This document shows, piece by piece, positions 1-13,165 of a DNA stretch of 64,000 bases. The notes under the pieces were generated by a model. It had not been told where the DNA came from. It saw only the letters and a program-made list of their open reading frames with translations, and made no database searches. The DNA is from Octopus sinensis (lineage: Eukaryota), in contig NC_043009.1 of NCBI RefSeq assembly GCF_006345805.1, positions 48,050,001 through 48,114,000 of the forward strand. The letters run 5' to 3'. The translations under genes were made by a program, and so were the position numbers. The stretch's first letter is position 1; each line of letters opens with the position of its first letter.

Positions 1-128
1 ACGTATATGCTTTGTGAATTTGCCGATAAGCTGCGATATAGCGTGGTGGAGATTACTCCGAGATTACACCAAGTGTTAATATGAAATAATGTCGGGAATC
101 ACTGATATAGAGGGAAAAAACTGATATA

Positions 129-1357
129 GAGGGAAAATCCTTTAAAAAACTTGACCTAATTTAGTTAGGAACAATATAAATAAGCAAAGTCAAATTGTTT
201 TCATCCTTTTTGGTTGCTGACTTTTGACTGGAAAGCATCTCTCTTCATCCTTCCCTTTTCTTTCCGTTGACGATGGAGAAACCACACCTTCATGCGTGGG
301 ACAATGCATTATCTGTACTCTCTACTTGGCAATACAACTCTTACTATTTCTTTCTCTCTAGTAGTTACTCACATATGAAACTGGGCATAACGACAAATAA
401 TGTGTACACAAACAAACAATTTGTTTACGTGACAGCTCGAAGAATTTTATATATTGTAACGATCATCGTTACAATATAGCCATCGTTAAAATCCTTTAGT
501 CAGGGTTACCAATTTGCAACGATTATGAGTCGCAGATAAATGCATCAAATAAATAAGAGAAGAACACTGTTAATTGCTTATTGAGATGGCTATTTTATTA
601 ATATGATTATTATGATGATCGTTACAATACATAAAATTCTTCGAGCTGTCACGTAAACAAATTGTTTGTTTGTGTACACATTATTTGTCGTTATGCCCAG
701 TTTCATATGTGAGTAACTACTAGAGAGAAAGAAATAGAAAGAGTTGTATTGCCAAGTAGAGAGTACAGATAGGAGGAAGGAAGCACTCCGTCGGTTACGA
801 CGACGAGGGTTCCGGTTGATCCGAATCAACGGAACAGCCTGCTCGTGAAATTAACGTGTAAGTGGCTGAGCACTCCACAGACACGTGTACCCTTAATGTA
901 GTTCTCGGGGATATTCAGCGTGACACAGAGAGTGACAAGGCCGGCCCTTTGAAATACAAGGTACAACAGAAACAGGAAGTAAGAGTGAGAGAAAGTTGTA
1001 GTGAAAGAGTACAGCAGGGATCACCACCATCCCTGCCGGAGCCTCGTGGGACTTTAGGTGTTTTCGCTCAATAAACACTCACAACGCCCGGTCTGGGAAT
1101 CGAAATCGCGATCCTACAACCGCGAGTCCGCTGCCCTAACCACTGGGCCATTGCGCCTCCACAGAGAGTACAGATAATGCATAGTCCCACGCACGAAGGT
1201 GTGGGTTCTCCATCGTCAACGGAAAGAAAAGGGAAGGATGAAGAGAGATGCTTTCCGGTCAAAAGTCAGCAACCAAAAAGGATGAAAACAATTTGGCTTT
1301 GCCTATTTATATTGTTCCTAACTAAATTAGGTCAAGTTTTTTAAAGGATTTTCCCTC
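129..1357. mobile_element. Non-autonomous foldback DNA transposon with ~340-bp terminal inverted repeats, interrupted by a SINE
   Basis: 129-~468 is the near-perfect reverse complement of ~615-771 plus 1177-1357. Termini are GAGGGAAAATCC...GGATTTTCCCTC, flanked by TATA on both sides. GAG termini, a 4-bp TSD and long TIRs are compatible with Sola-type elements (tentative). Confidence 0.8.
772..1162 (-). mobile_element. Full-length young tRNA-derived SINE with 14-bp TSD
   Basis: Head GTGGAGGCGCAATGGCCCAGTGG (A box) ... GTTTCGATTCC (B box). TSD AGAGAGTACAGATA at 758-771 and 1163-1176. CpGs are retained. Confidence 0.9.
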
Positions 1358-1724
1358 TATATCATGTATGACTCCCGATTGATCAAGAGGTCCGATTATT
1401 CTCATAAATCTCTTAATGCAACAAGCTAGGACAATAGGCCGAGCACTTGTACGAAAGTGTGAACTCGATTTCGAAACTTGGCTTAGGTATTTGGATGCTG
1501 TTACACACACACACACACACATACACACGTGCAAGAATAGGATACAAAGGATGGCATAATTATACTTATTCCTAAAAATGATGGGATGGTCAAAGCTCTG
1601 GAATGCCTTTGATCATAAGCCTGCTTGCACGATAACAGTTTCCCTGGTGCCAAATAACACATTACAACCAGTTCTCTTGAAATCAATTTTTACATACACG
1701 TGTTTTTATAATAAAAAAAAAATC

Positions 1725-3167
1725 TTGGTCTCAAATTTCAGCACAAGGCCAGCAATTTTGAGGAAGGCAGAAAGTTGATTACATCGACCTCTGTGCTCAA
1801 CTGGCATTTATTTTATCGACCCCCAAAGAATGAAAGACAAAGTCAACCTTAGTGGAACTTGAACATAAAGACGGACGAAATTCCACCAAGTATTTTGCCC
1901 TGGCATACTAGCAATTCTGTCAGCTTGCTGCTTTACTGCTGACTTAAATATTGATTTCAAATTTTGGCACAAGGCCAACAATTTCGGGGAATGGAGTAAT
2001 TTGATCACATCGATCCCAGCAGTCAAACGGTACTCATTTTATCGACCCATTAAGAAAGAAAGGCAAAGTCAACCGCTGTGGAATTTGAATGCAGAACATG
2101 AAAACAGATAAAATGTTGTGAATTCTTTTGTCTTGTATGCTATCGGTTCTGTCAGCTCATCACCTTACTGCCAACTTAAATACTAATGGTATTTGGTAGC
2201 AGCGGTAGAATAAATGCAATTGAAATGGTAGAATAAATGCAGCCAAAATGGTAGAGTCAGATTTTTTTAGTGTTTATTTCAACCTCTGTGTTCTGTGCCA
2301 GAATCCTGTTGTAGTTGACTTTCTTTTCCACCTCTGGTTGATAAAATAAGTAGCAGGTACCAGTAATATGTTAAGGTTGATATTATTGATTACACTTTTC
2401 TTTTACGAATATAGTAGGGCTTTGTGGAAGTATTAAAAATATTCATATATATTAACAATGAAAGCATTCTTGATAACAAAAATATTTTATTGACTGTCTT
2501 GAATGTTTTACAAAATAAATAATAGCCATTTCTTTTTTGGCCCAAGGGCCTATATAAAAATTTACAAAAGACATTGATAGAAAAACATGGAAAAATCACA
2601 GAAAGGGATTCATACATTTACACAAATTTACAGCAGTAAAAATGAGGTAACAAGAAAATTTTAGTAAAGAATAATTCCTCCAAAGTGGGGAGACTTCCAA
2701 GTGGCCTCTCTTCATTCTCAGCCCCCAGTCTATAGATGGATGCTCAGAGCAGGCCCATTCACTCAGACCATCCTTGCCACTCTCATCTAACTTTTCAATA
2801 AATTGCTGGAAGGCAGCACTTCCCTCTCTGCCCTCATTTTCCTTTTCAAGAGAAAACTGAAGAAGTTGATGAGATATTGATGAAAGACGAAAGTATTTGT
2901 TTTCAGCAGCAGCAGCAGTAGTAGTAGTATTAATAATATTAATACAAATAAAAATCCTTTCTACCTTAGGCACAAGGCCTGAAATTTTGGGGTAGCGAGC
3001 AAGTCAATCACATCGACCCCAGTACATGACTGGTACTTAATTTATCAACCCTGAAAAGATGAAAGACAAAGTCGACCTCAGCAGAATTTGAAGTCAGAAT
3101 GTGAAGATGAGTGAAATACCACTAAGCATTCTACTCAGTGTGATAATGTCTCTGCCAGCTAACTGCC

Positions 3168-3215
<48 letters not shown>

Positions 3216-4415
3216 GTAATAATAATAATAATATATTTCTTTATTGCCCACAAGGGGCTAAACATAGAGGGGACAAACAAGGACAGACAAAGGGATTAAA
3301 TCGATTACATCGACTCCAGTGCGTTACTGGTACTTAAGTTATCGACCCCGAAAGGATGAAAGGTAAAGTCGACCTCGGCGGAATTTGAACTCACAATGTA
3401 ACGGCAGACGAAATACCGCTAAGCATTTCGCCCGACGTGCTAACGTTTCTAAAACTTATGAAAACAAGACATGTGTACTACAGAGCCAGAGCTGGTTTCA
3501 GCTGGGTTGGTAACGAAAAGGTTAATTAGCAAAGTAGCTAGTTAGAAAATCTCTATAAGAGATGAAAGCAATAACTATGATTGATTGATTGATTGATTCT
3601 AGTTTCAGCTTATGAGCTGTGGCCATGCTGGGGCACCGCCATTATGCTGAGAAGTAATGTTGAAGTGGCAACAAATGTTACTTCTCAGTTCTTTGAATTT
3701 TCTTTCCATTATTTAAAGAAATTTTTTAAAGAACTGCAGAGTTTTTCAACAGAAATTTGGTAACAAAGGGATTAATAAGGATGAAGTTATTTTATTAAAC
3801 TTTTCCATTATTTAAAATTTTTTTTTGAAAGAATGGCAGTGAATTGAAACAGAAATATGGTAACAAAAATGGTTAAATAATACTTCTGTGGTATTTGAGA
3901 TGTTCTGAGATTTAAATATTATTTTTAAAAGTATCAAAATATTCTTTTCTACTTTAGGTACAAAGCCTGAAATTTTTGGGGAGTTGGGGCAGTCGATTAG
4001 ATTGCCCCAGTATGTAACTGGTACTTAATTTATCGACCCCCAAAAGGATGAAAGGCAAAGTTGACCGTAGCAGAATTTGAACCTAGAACGTAGCGGCAGA
4101 TGAAATACCGCTAAGTATTTCACCCGGTATGCTAACGTTTCTGCCAGCTCACAGCCTTTCTGCTAGCGAAAAATAATACCATAATACTGCTAAGCACAAG
4201 GGGCTTAACATAGAGGGGACAAACAAGGACAGACAAAAGGATTAAGTCGATTATGTCGACTCCAGTGCATAACTGGTACTTAATTTATTGACCCTGAAAA
4301 GGATGAAAGGTAAAGTCAACCTCGGCGGAATTTGAACTCAGAACGTAATGGCAGATGAAATACCGCTAAGCATTTCGCCTGGCATGCTAACATTTCTGCC
4401 AGCTTGCCGCCTTAA
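1725..4415 (-). mobile_element. Cluster of ~7 copies or fragments of the most abundant SINE family (central GCCTTTCATCCTTTCGGGGTCGATAAATTAAGTACCAG, Deu/Nin-like domain)
   Basis: Repeated blocks at ~1725-1935, 1950-2135, 2945-3170, 3232-3450 and 3940-4415 match the intact copies at 46539 and 57856. Confidence 0.8.
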
Positions 4416-5519
4416 CAGTATCAAAATATTACAGACAAACTTGTGACAAAAGAGCAAGTGTAAAGAAAGAATCTCAGTAATGATTTCATCATCGCTTGCC
4501 ATGTCAGCTTAACTGAGTCTATGTCACTTGAAGATATTGATTACAACTGAACTGAAAGACAGAGGTGTAAGTGAAGTATACTGACCACAGCTAGAAATTG
4601 AAACTAAATCTCAAGAGATCAGATAGTCTACTATAGTCATTTTTATGGCACAGGCACAATATTTGCAAATCTGGCCAGTGTAAAATCTGTAATGCAATAA
4701 CAGTTTAAGCAAATATTTGAGAATATGTGAGAGAGTTTAGAAATGTATTTATATGTAGTTACATGCATGAATATGTTTGTACATGACTGTATATCCATGA
4801 ATGTGTGTATGTGTGTGTATGGTTGAATGAATGACTGAATGAGTGAGTGTATGAATGAACATATGAATGTATGAATGGGTAGGTGAGCGAATGAGTAAGT
4901 GAGTGTGTGTGTAAATGCCTTAAATAAACTTAAATGCACAGGCCTGGCTCAGCTACCCTGTAGCATTAGACAGGTAACAAACAAAAAGCTTTCCATGGAT
5001 CAGGTACCAGTCAGTCTCAGGTAACATTGGTTTCAAATTTGGTTCCAGATTTAGGCAAAGGGCTAGCAATTTCACAAGGTGTGGGTAAGTCAGCTGGTAC
5101 TTATTTTACCAATCCTGAAAAGATGAAGGGCAAAATTGATCTTGGTGGGATTTGAACCTGGAACATAAAGTTCACCTCAGCAGAATTTGAATTGAGAATG
5201 TAAACATTTTACCTGGTGTGCAATCTCAGGTAATATTACCAAATGGAATAAAGTGATGATCTGGCAGAATTGTTAGCATACCAGGTAAAATTCTTTGTGG
5301 CATTTCATCCATCTTTATGGTCTGAGTTCAAATTCTACTGAGGTCGAGTTTGCCTTTCATCCTTTTGGTGGGGGTCAATAAAATAAGTACCAGTTGAAAA
5401 CTGGGGTTGATGTAATCAGCTTACACCTCCCCTAAAAATTGCTGGCCTTGTGCCAACATTTGAAACCTATATTACCAAATGGAACTCCTCACACCTGATA
5501 ACTGAACTGATGTAAAAGC

Positions 5520-5762
5520 TGTGTGGTATAGTGTTACAGTCATGACCGTGTGTGATTTAGGGGCAAAGGCATAGCTCTGTAGTTAAGGGCTACGGGCAAG
5601 GTTATATGATTTAGAGATACAAGTACAGCCATGTGGTTTACGGGTAGAGGCATACTTGTATGGGTAAGAAGCACAGCGACTGTGGTTTAATCACACTGGC
5701 ATGACTTTATAGTTAAAGGGCACAAGCGTAGCTGTATGATTTAGGGGTCCAGACATGGCTGG
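5520..5762 (+). repeat. Degenerate ~27-bp minisatellite resembling tandem SINE 5' heads
   Basis: About 9 units like GGGCACAAGCGTAGCTGTATGATTTA, similar to the SINE head GGCGCAGGAGTGGCTGTGTGGTAAG at 57227. Confidence 0.55.
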
Positions 5763-6943
5763 AGTGCCATTATTGTTTCATAACATAGTTTATTTTGCAA
5801 CTTTATATTCTCAGATCTGATGCGACTCTTTTGAAAAGGTGTCTTCAAGCACAGTCATAGGTTAACAAAGTCTTTTAAATAAAATTTGGTAGATAGAAAC
5901 TGTGTGGAAGCCTGTTGGAGAGACCATTTCTAATCTTTTAGCTTCTATGTTAGTCAGTGTTGACCGTACACCTGAATATCATCATCATCATCGTTTAACA
6001 TCCGCTTTCCATGCTAGCATGGGTTGGACAATTTGACTGAGGACTGGCAAACCAGATGGCTGCACCAGGCTCCAATCTTGATTTGGCTGAGTTTCTACAG
6101 CTGGATGCCCTTCTAACGCCAACCACTCCGAGAATGTAGTGGGTGCTTTTACGTGCCACCGGCATGAGGGCCAGTCAGGCAGTACTGGCAACGGCCACGG
6201 AAAAATTGTGTTTTTTTTTACGTGTCACCTGCACACCGGCACAAGTGCCAGTAAGGTACGCTGTATATATATATGTATATACAAATGTATGTATATACAA
6301 ATATGGCTAAGATTGTTTTGCAGAAGACTGGCATTTGGCCATGCAAGTCTCCTCATTCCACACCTCAGGTGTTTATCTAAGAGAATGGCCACCAACTTGG
6401 GCTCATACCGCTTAGCAAAAGGTATTGCTGTCAAAATGCAGAAGAATTTGAGCAGATGCTGCAGAGTATCCCACTCTACTGTCTCATACGTCTGCTAAGA
6501 CAATCCTCTGGATTGGTGCTTTTTCCTCAACTCCTGGAAAGTGGTAAAGCAAAGTTGGACTCAGTAGGATGTGAACTCAGAACACATAGATTCAGAAAAA
6601 ACTCTACAAGGTGTTCTGTCCAATATTCTAATGACTGCCAAGTCACTGCCTTTGGTTGTTTTTTTATGAGGTAGAATTAGCTTTTCACTCTAAAAACGGT
6701 AGCTGTGTAATTTAGGGGTCCAGACATGGCTGGAGTGCCATTATTGTTGCATAACAGTTTATTTTGCAACTTTATATTCTCAGATCTGATGCGACTCTTT
6801 TGAAAAGGTGTCTTTAAGCACAGTCATAGGTTAACAAAGTCTTGTAAATAAAATTTGGTAGATAGAAAGTGTGTGGAAGCCTGTTGAAGAGACCATTTCT
6901 ATTCTTTTAGCTTCTCTGTTAGTCAGTGTTGACCGTACACCTG
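5728..6943 (+). repeat. ~246-bp direct repeat pair (5728-5974 and 6699-6943)
   Basis: The two blocks align end to end with roughly a dozen differences. Confidence 0.9.
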
Positions 6944-7636
6944 TTGACCGTACACTTTTGAAAATGCTTGCTCCTGTGCTTTGAGGAAGCCGTGACAAAC
7001 AAAGAAAAAAAAAAGAATTCAGTGTACTTTTGCCCAAATACACAAATGTCTGCAGCAAATTTGAAGCTAAAACCCTCATAAGATGATAATCCAACAGATT
7101 ATCCACAACAGACATTTTAATTTAGCAAAATGAACAAGGGCAGTGGATTAGCAAAATTGCTCAAGCTTGGGACAAAATGTGTTTTGATAAAATCTGCTTT
7201 TTGTTCTGTTGGTTATGATGACAAGTGTTCCAGTTAATCTGAACAGCCTGCTCATGAAATTAACAAGCAAGTGGCTGAGTACTCCATGGACACACGTACC
7301 CTTCAAGTAATTCTCAGGTGATTCAGTATGACACACAGGATGTGACAAGATTTCATCATTTGAGTGACAGGTGTAACTCATTTTTGTCAGCTGAGCGGAC
7401 TGGAGTAATATGAAATGAAGTGTCTTGCTCAAGGACATGACACACTGCTGGGAATTGAACTCCTGACCATATGAATGTGAGCCAAGTACTCTAACCACAA
7501 AGCGAAGTGCTTTCACTGAGAAAACTTAAGCACCTGTTAGGTAGCTGTGGTTAATCTTTAAATCAGTGTAAGCTGCCCCTAAAATGAGACACCTTGTAGA
7601 TGTGTTAAGAATTGATATATCTTTTGGATTAGCAGA

Positions 7637-7854
7637 TTAAACCACTTCAGTAACAGATGGTGTTGCTATGGCATAAGTGTATGTGTTTTTTATGCAAATC
7701 CCACATATGCCTATGACTAGTATACTACCCACAATTCCATACAAGACTATGAGGTACCAAAAGGTAAAAAAGAAAATATGTGGGTGGCAATAATATTCTG
7801 ATGTGATGTCCTTTACTTCCACGACTTTGTTAAACTTGAACACTGAGATACTTC
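7637..7854 (-). CDS. TMEM272: TMEM272-like gene, last coding exon, TM4 (SISVFK...YYCHPHIFFFTFWYL...TEVV*)
   Basis: ttttttcttacag acceptor, phase 1, open to TAA at 7637. YC-x4-F-F-x-FW resembles the TMEM272 YCxxxlYlFAFW motif. The full spliced CDS is 636 nt (211 aa). Confidence 0.9.
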
Positions 7855-9629
7855 CTGTAAGAAAAAAAACAAAAGAAAAAATAATTAAATAAAACACTTA
7901 AATAATCATTATAAATAAACAAATAGAAATCATCATCATCGTTTAACATTTGCTTTCCATGCTGGCAAACTGAAGGACTATACCAACCTCAGTTACCTGT
8001 TATGACATGTTTCCTTTGACTGGTAAACTTCCTAATGCCATATACTTTACAGAGTGTACTGGGTGCTTTTCTTCATGGTCCTACCACCAGCAGGGTCACC
8101 AGTGCGTGCTATCTCTGTATTATACTAAATGTATGATACATAAATGGCATTGGGCCTCATAGAGATGATAAAGGACTGAGACTTCTGGTGGTTTCCTGTA
8201 CATGAGATGACATATCAATCTAAGTGAAAATGGCCATCCATGCATACAGATGTGTCCTCAACGATCCTCTCTCAGATGAGAGGTTTTTCTTCTGAGGGCT
8301 TACAGGTGCTGGTGCCATGTAAAAGCACCTGTGTCAGTGCCATGTAAATATGCCCATGATGGTGCCATGTAAAGCTGCTCTTACTGGTGCCATGTAAAAG
8401 GTGCCCTTGTCAATGCTACATAAAACTACCCATGCTGGTGCTATCTAAAAAGCACCCAGTACACTCTGTGAAGTGGTTGGCATTAGGAAGGGCATCCAGT
8501 CATAGAAACCCCACACAAAATAGAGCAGACCATTGGGACCTTGGCAGCTCCCCAGCTGGCCTGCTCCTGTCAAACTGTCTAACCCATGCCAGCAGATATT
8601 AAATGATGATGATGTATATACACTGTTGATGGGCCATTTACTGCAGTATTTGTCCTGAGATAACATTTTTTTTCTCATGGACTTGTTATGTTAAAAACAC
8701 AATAAATATTAGAGGGTGATTTTTATTCAGCTAAGCAGCTGTTAGCAACATCAGTGAATGCATCATTCATTCTTTTGCATAACAGAGGCAATGAATTCTT
8801 GTCCAAGGATGTGGCTGGTTGCCAATGAAAGGGCCCATGAAGGATGAAACTCATCTGGCATTCTTGTTTACTGCTGCTTGGATGAATTTTCTTCTCACCT
8901 TGAAATTTAAAATATTTTTAACACAGCATGTTCATAAGAGATGCTATTTTAGGATAAATACCACATTAATTGGCCTATCAACAGTGTGTATACATTAAAT
9001 ATAATACATAGATATCAATTTTAATTTTATACTGCATCAGTTGCGTATACTTGATTTTCATTGAAAAAAAAATATATATATATTGGTTTCAAATTTTGGT
9101 ACAAGGCCAGCAATTTCAGGAGAGTTGGTAAGTTGATTACACCATCCCTAGTATTTAACTGGTACGTATTTTAATGACTTTGAAATTACGAAAGGCCTCC
9201 GTGCTTTGGGGACGTAACAAACACCATCCGAGCGTGGCCGTCTGCCAGCCTCGTCTGGCACCTGTGTCGGTGGCACATAAAAACACCATCCGAGCGTGGC
9301 CGTTCGCCAGCCTCGTCTGGCACCTGTGTCGGTGGCACATAAAATCACCCACTACACTCTCGGAGTGGTTGGCGTTAGGAAGGGCATCCAGCTGTAGAAA
9401 CACTGCCAGATCTGACTGGCCTGGTGCAGCCTTCGGGCTCCCCAGACCCCAGTTGAACCGTCCAACCCATGCTAGCATGGAAAACGGACGCTAAAGGACG
9501 ATGATGATGATGATGAAAGTTGACCCTGGTGGAATTTGAACACAGAACATAATGACATGAAATGTCGCAAAGCATTTTGTCTGGCATGTTAACAATTCTG
9601 CCAGCTTACTGCCTTCCATAGAAAATATG

Positions 9630-10810
9630 CAAAAACCAAAGTCTTAGTAAGTAGGCAGGCAGACTAATCACAAATTCAGGTAGATAGCCCCACTTGATCT
9701 GTAAAAAAGATGTAGGTAGGATCTCCATAAGATGTACCTGGCGTAAGATATGAACACATAAGAGGTGCAGCAATATCAGGGAAAGTAACTTTTGTGTGTG
9801 GAAGATGCACAGGGACAATAAACACCAAAAATGTACAGAAAATAAACTCCATCAGCTGCCAGTGGGGTAAGCTAGATGTAGTAGATAGCTTCCATTATCT
9901 ATGTGATTAAGTTAGTAGTGGAGGTGGATGCTCTGAGAGCATAGCTATGAGAATAAGAATAGGCTGGGCAAAGTTCAGAGAGCTCCTACCTCTGTTGGCA
10001 ACAAAAGGCCTCTCCCTCAGCGTGAAAGGCAGATTGTATGATGCCTGTGTGCAAACAGTTATGCTAAATGACAGTGAAACATGGGTTGCGACAACCAAGG
10101 ACATGCATAGGCTTGAAAGAAATGAAGCCAGTATGCTTCTCTGGATGTGCAATGTCAGTGTGCATGTTTGGCAAAGTGCAAGCATCTCGAGAGAAAAGTT
10201 GGGCATAAGAGGCATCAGATGTGGTGTGCAAGAGAGATGACTGCAGTGATATAGTTATGTGATGCATATGGATGATGACAGCTGTGTAAAGAAGTGTTGA
10301 TCTCTAACTGTGGAGGGAACATGTGGTAGAGGTTAGACCCAGGAAGACATAGGATAAAGTGCTGAAGCATGATCTTTGAACTTTGGGCCTCACAGGGGAA
10401 ATGACTAGTGACCAAGACCTTTGGTGATATGCTGTGCTTGAGAAGACCCATCAAGCCGAGTGAAATTGTAGTAGTGGCTGAAGTTGGTGTCATGTAACTG
10501 GCACCCATACCAGTGGCATTAAAAAGTACCTTTTGAGCATTGGGCCTCACAGAGGCATAGTGGTTGATGCCAAGTAAATTCACAGTTGTGGCAGATACTA
10601 GTGTCGTGCAAATGGTACCCATACCAGTGGCACATAAAAGCACCCATTACACTCTCAGAGTGTACAGTGTTAGGAAGGGCATCCAGCCATAGAAATCATG
10701 CCAAATCAGACTGGGGTCTGGAGCAGCTTTCCAGCTTACCAGTCCTGGTTAAACCATCCAACCCATGCCAGTATGGACAATGGACGTTAAATGATGATGA
10801 TGATGATGGT
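9630..10810 (+). mobile_element. RTE-clade LINE 3' fragment (decayed RT C-terminus, 3' UTR and (GAT)n tail)
   Basis: ORF 9947-10240 RIRIGWAKFRELLPLLATKGLSLSVKGRLYDACVQTVMLNDSETW is typical of the RTE C-terminal region. It has stops and frameshifts, and a (GAT)n tail at ~10792. Confidence 0.85.
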
Positions 10811-11339
10811 GATTGCAAATTTGGGTACAAGGCCACCAAGTTCAGGAGAAGGAGCAAGTTGTTTACATCAACCCCAGTACTCAACTGGTACTTATTTTAT
10901 TAACTTTGAAATGATGAAAGGCAAAGCTGACCTTGGTGAAATTTGAATGCAGAACACAAAAGACAGACAAAATGCCATTAGGAATTTCGTCTAATGTGCT
11001 GATGATTCTGCCAGCCCACTGTCTTCTACAGGAAAAATATATATTAGTAAAGAAATCCCTTCTAAAAATGCAATAATAAAAGGAAATCAATATATGCACG
11101 CACACAAGTATTTGATAGATTCTGTTGCCAAGGTAACAGCACACACATAATAGCACTTCTGTTACCTAGGTGATCACATATACAATAGTAGTTGAAACTT
11201 CTGTTACCTAGGTGACCAAATCGACTGTGGAGAGAGAAGTTCTAAAAAGCATAGTAAGAAAGTGTGGGAAAAGTTTAGGGAGCTGGCTAAAAAGGGATTT
11301 TATCTGTGAGTGAAAGACAGACTGAATGATGTTTGCGAA

Positions 11340-11598
11340 GGAAGAATGATATTGTATGGGATTATGATGATGATGATAATGATGAAGTTGATGACAACGA
11401 TGACAATGATGGTGGTGATGATAAGGATGATGATTTTGATGATGATGGTGTAATTAGTGATAATGTTGATAATGATAAGTATGATGATGATGATGGTGAA
11501 GTTGATGATGATGTTGATGATGATGAGGATTAATATGATGATTTTCATCTAGATGATGGTGTTATTGGTGATAGCATTGATAATGATGATAGCAATGA

Positions 11599-11630
<32 letters not shown>

Positions 11631-11745
11631 ATGATGATAATGATGTTAATGGCAATTGCATTGATAATGATGATGGTGATGACGATAGTAATGTTGAAGA
11701 CAATAATGATGATGATGATGTTGATGATGCAAATGGTGATCACCA
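11340..11745. repeat. Degenerate (GAT)n trinucleotide tract
   Basis: Direct reading. Confidence 0.9.
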
Positions 11746-13165
11746 TCATCATTGTCATTTAACGTCCGCTTTCCATGCTGGTATGGGTTGGACTGTTTGA
11801 TTGAGAACTGGCAAACCAGGAGGCTGCACCAGGATCCAATCTGATTTGGCAAGGTTTCTACAGCTGGATGCCCTTCCTAACACCAACCACTCTGAGAGTG
11901 TAGTGGGTGCATTTTATGTGCCACTAGCATGAGAGCCAGTCAAGTGGCACTGGCATTGGCCATGCTCAAATAGTGCTTTTTATGTGCTGGTCAGGTGGCA
12001 CTGGCATGAGCCACGCTCGAATGGTCACGGTACAGGTGGGAGTCAGGAGACACTAGCATCAGCCACAACTACAATTTCACTCAGTTCAACAGGTTATCAC
12101 AAGCATGGTATATTGTCCAATGATTGAAGGGTTTTTTTTAAATGGGCCAGTTATGCAACACTAGCATCAGCCACAACTATGACCTCACTTGGCTTGTCTC
12201 CACAGGTCTTGGCTGCTTGTCATTGCCTTTGTGAGGCCCACTGTTCGAAGGTTGTGCTTCACCACTTCATCCCATTTCTTCCTGGGTCTACTTCTTCCAC
12301 AGGTTCCCTCCCCTGTTAGAGTGTGACACTTCTTCACACAACTGTCCTCATCCATACACAATTCATGATCATACCAGTGCAGTCATCTCTTGCACACCAC
12401 ATCTGATGCTTCTTATGTCCAACTTTTCTCTCAGGATGCTAACACTCTGTCATGTATGCACACTGACATTACACATCCAGTGTAGCATACTAGTTTCATT
12501 TCTTTCAAGCCAATGCATGTCCTCAGCAGTCACAGCCCATGTTTCACTACCATATAGCATGACTGTTTGCACACAGGCATCATACAGTGAAAACTCTGAG
12601 TGAGAGACCTTTTGTTACCAGCAGAGGTAGGAGCTCTCTGAACTTTGCTTAGCCTATTCTTATTCTAGCAGCTACGCTCTTGGAGCATCAACCCCCACTA
12701 CTGACTTGGTCACCTAGGTAATGGAAGCTATGAACTACTAGTTTTTTCCCCTGGCATGTGATATACCTTTTCGGTGTTTATTGCACCTGTGCATCTTCCA
12801 CACACAAAAACTATCTTCCCAGTTAACCTTCCTTTGATATTGCTGGACCTCTTATGTGTCCCTAGCGTACACAGGTACATCTTATGGAGTTTCTACCTAC
12901 TCCTTTTCTACAGATTGAGTAAAACTATCTACCAGAAGGGATTTGTGATTTGTCCACCTTTCTACTAACTAAGACATTGATTTTTGCTAGGTTAATTCTA
13001 AGGCCCTTCGATTCTAGGCCTTGCTTCCATGCCTGAAACTACTTCTCTAGTTCAGCTTTTAAAACAAGGTCATCAGCACAGAGGAGCTCCCAGGAGCAGC
13101 CTGTCTTGAATTCCTCTGTTATTGCCTGAAGGACTTTGATGACAAAGAGGGGGCTAAGGACTTGT
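11745..13165 (-). mobile_element. RTE-clade LINE 3' fragment, opposite orientation
   Basis: LSPLFVIKVLQAITEEFKTGCSWELLCADDLVL (RT YADD motif) at ~13060-13160. The remainder is homologous to 9630-10810 in reverse complement. Confidence 0.85.

Noticed and set aside
2596-2973. 125-aa minus-strand ORF with a plausible-looking middle (EKENEGREGSAAFQQFIEKL)
   Set aside because: It starts inside a SINE and microsatellite, lies after the gene's stop codon, and has no recognisable family or partner exon. A BLAST would be needed to reconsider.
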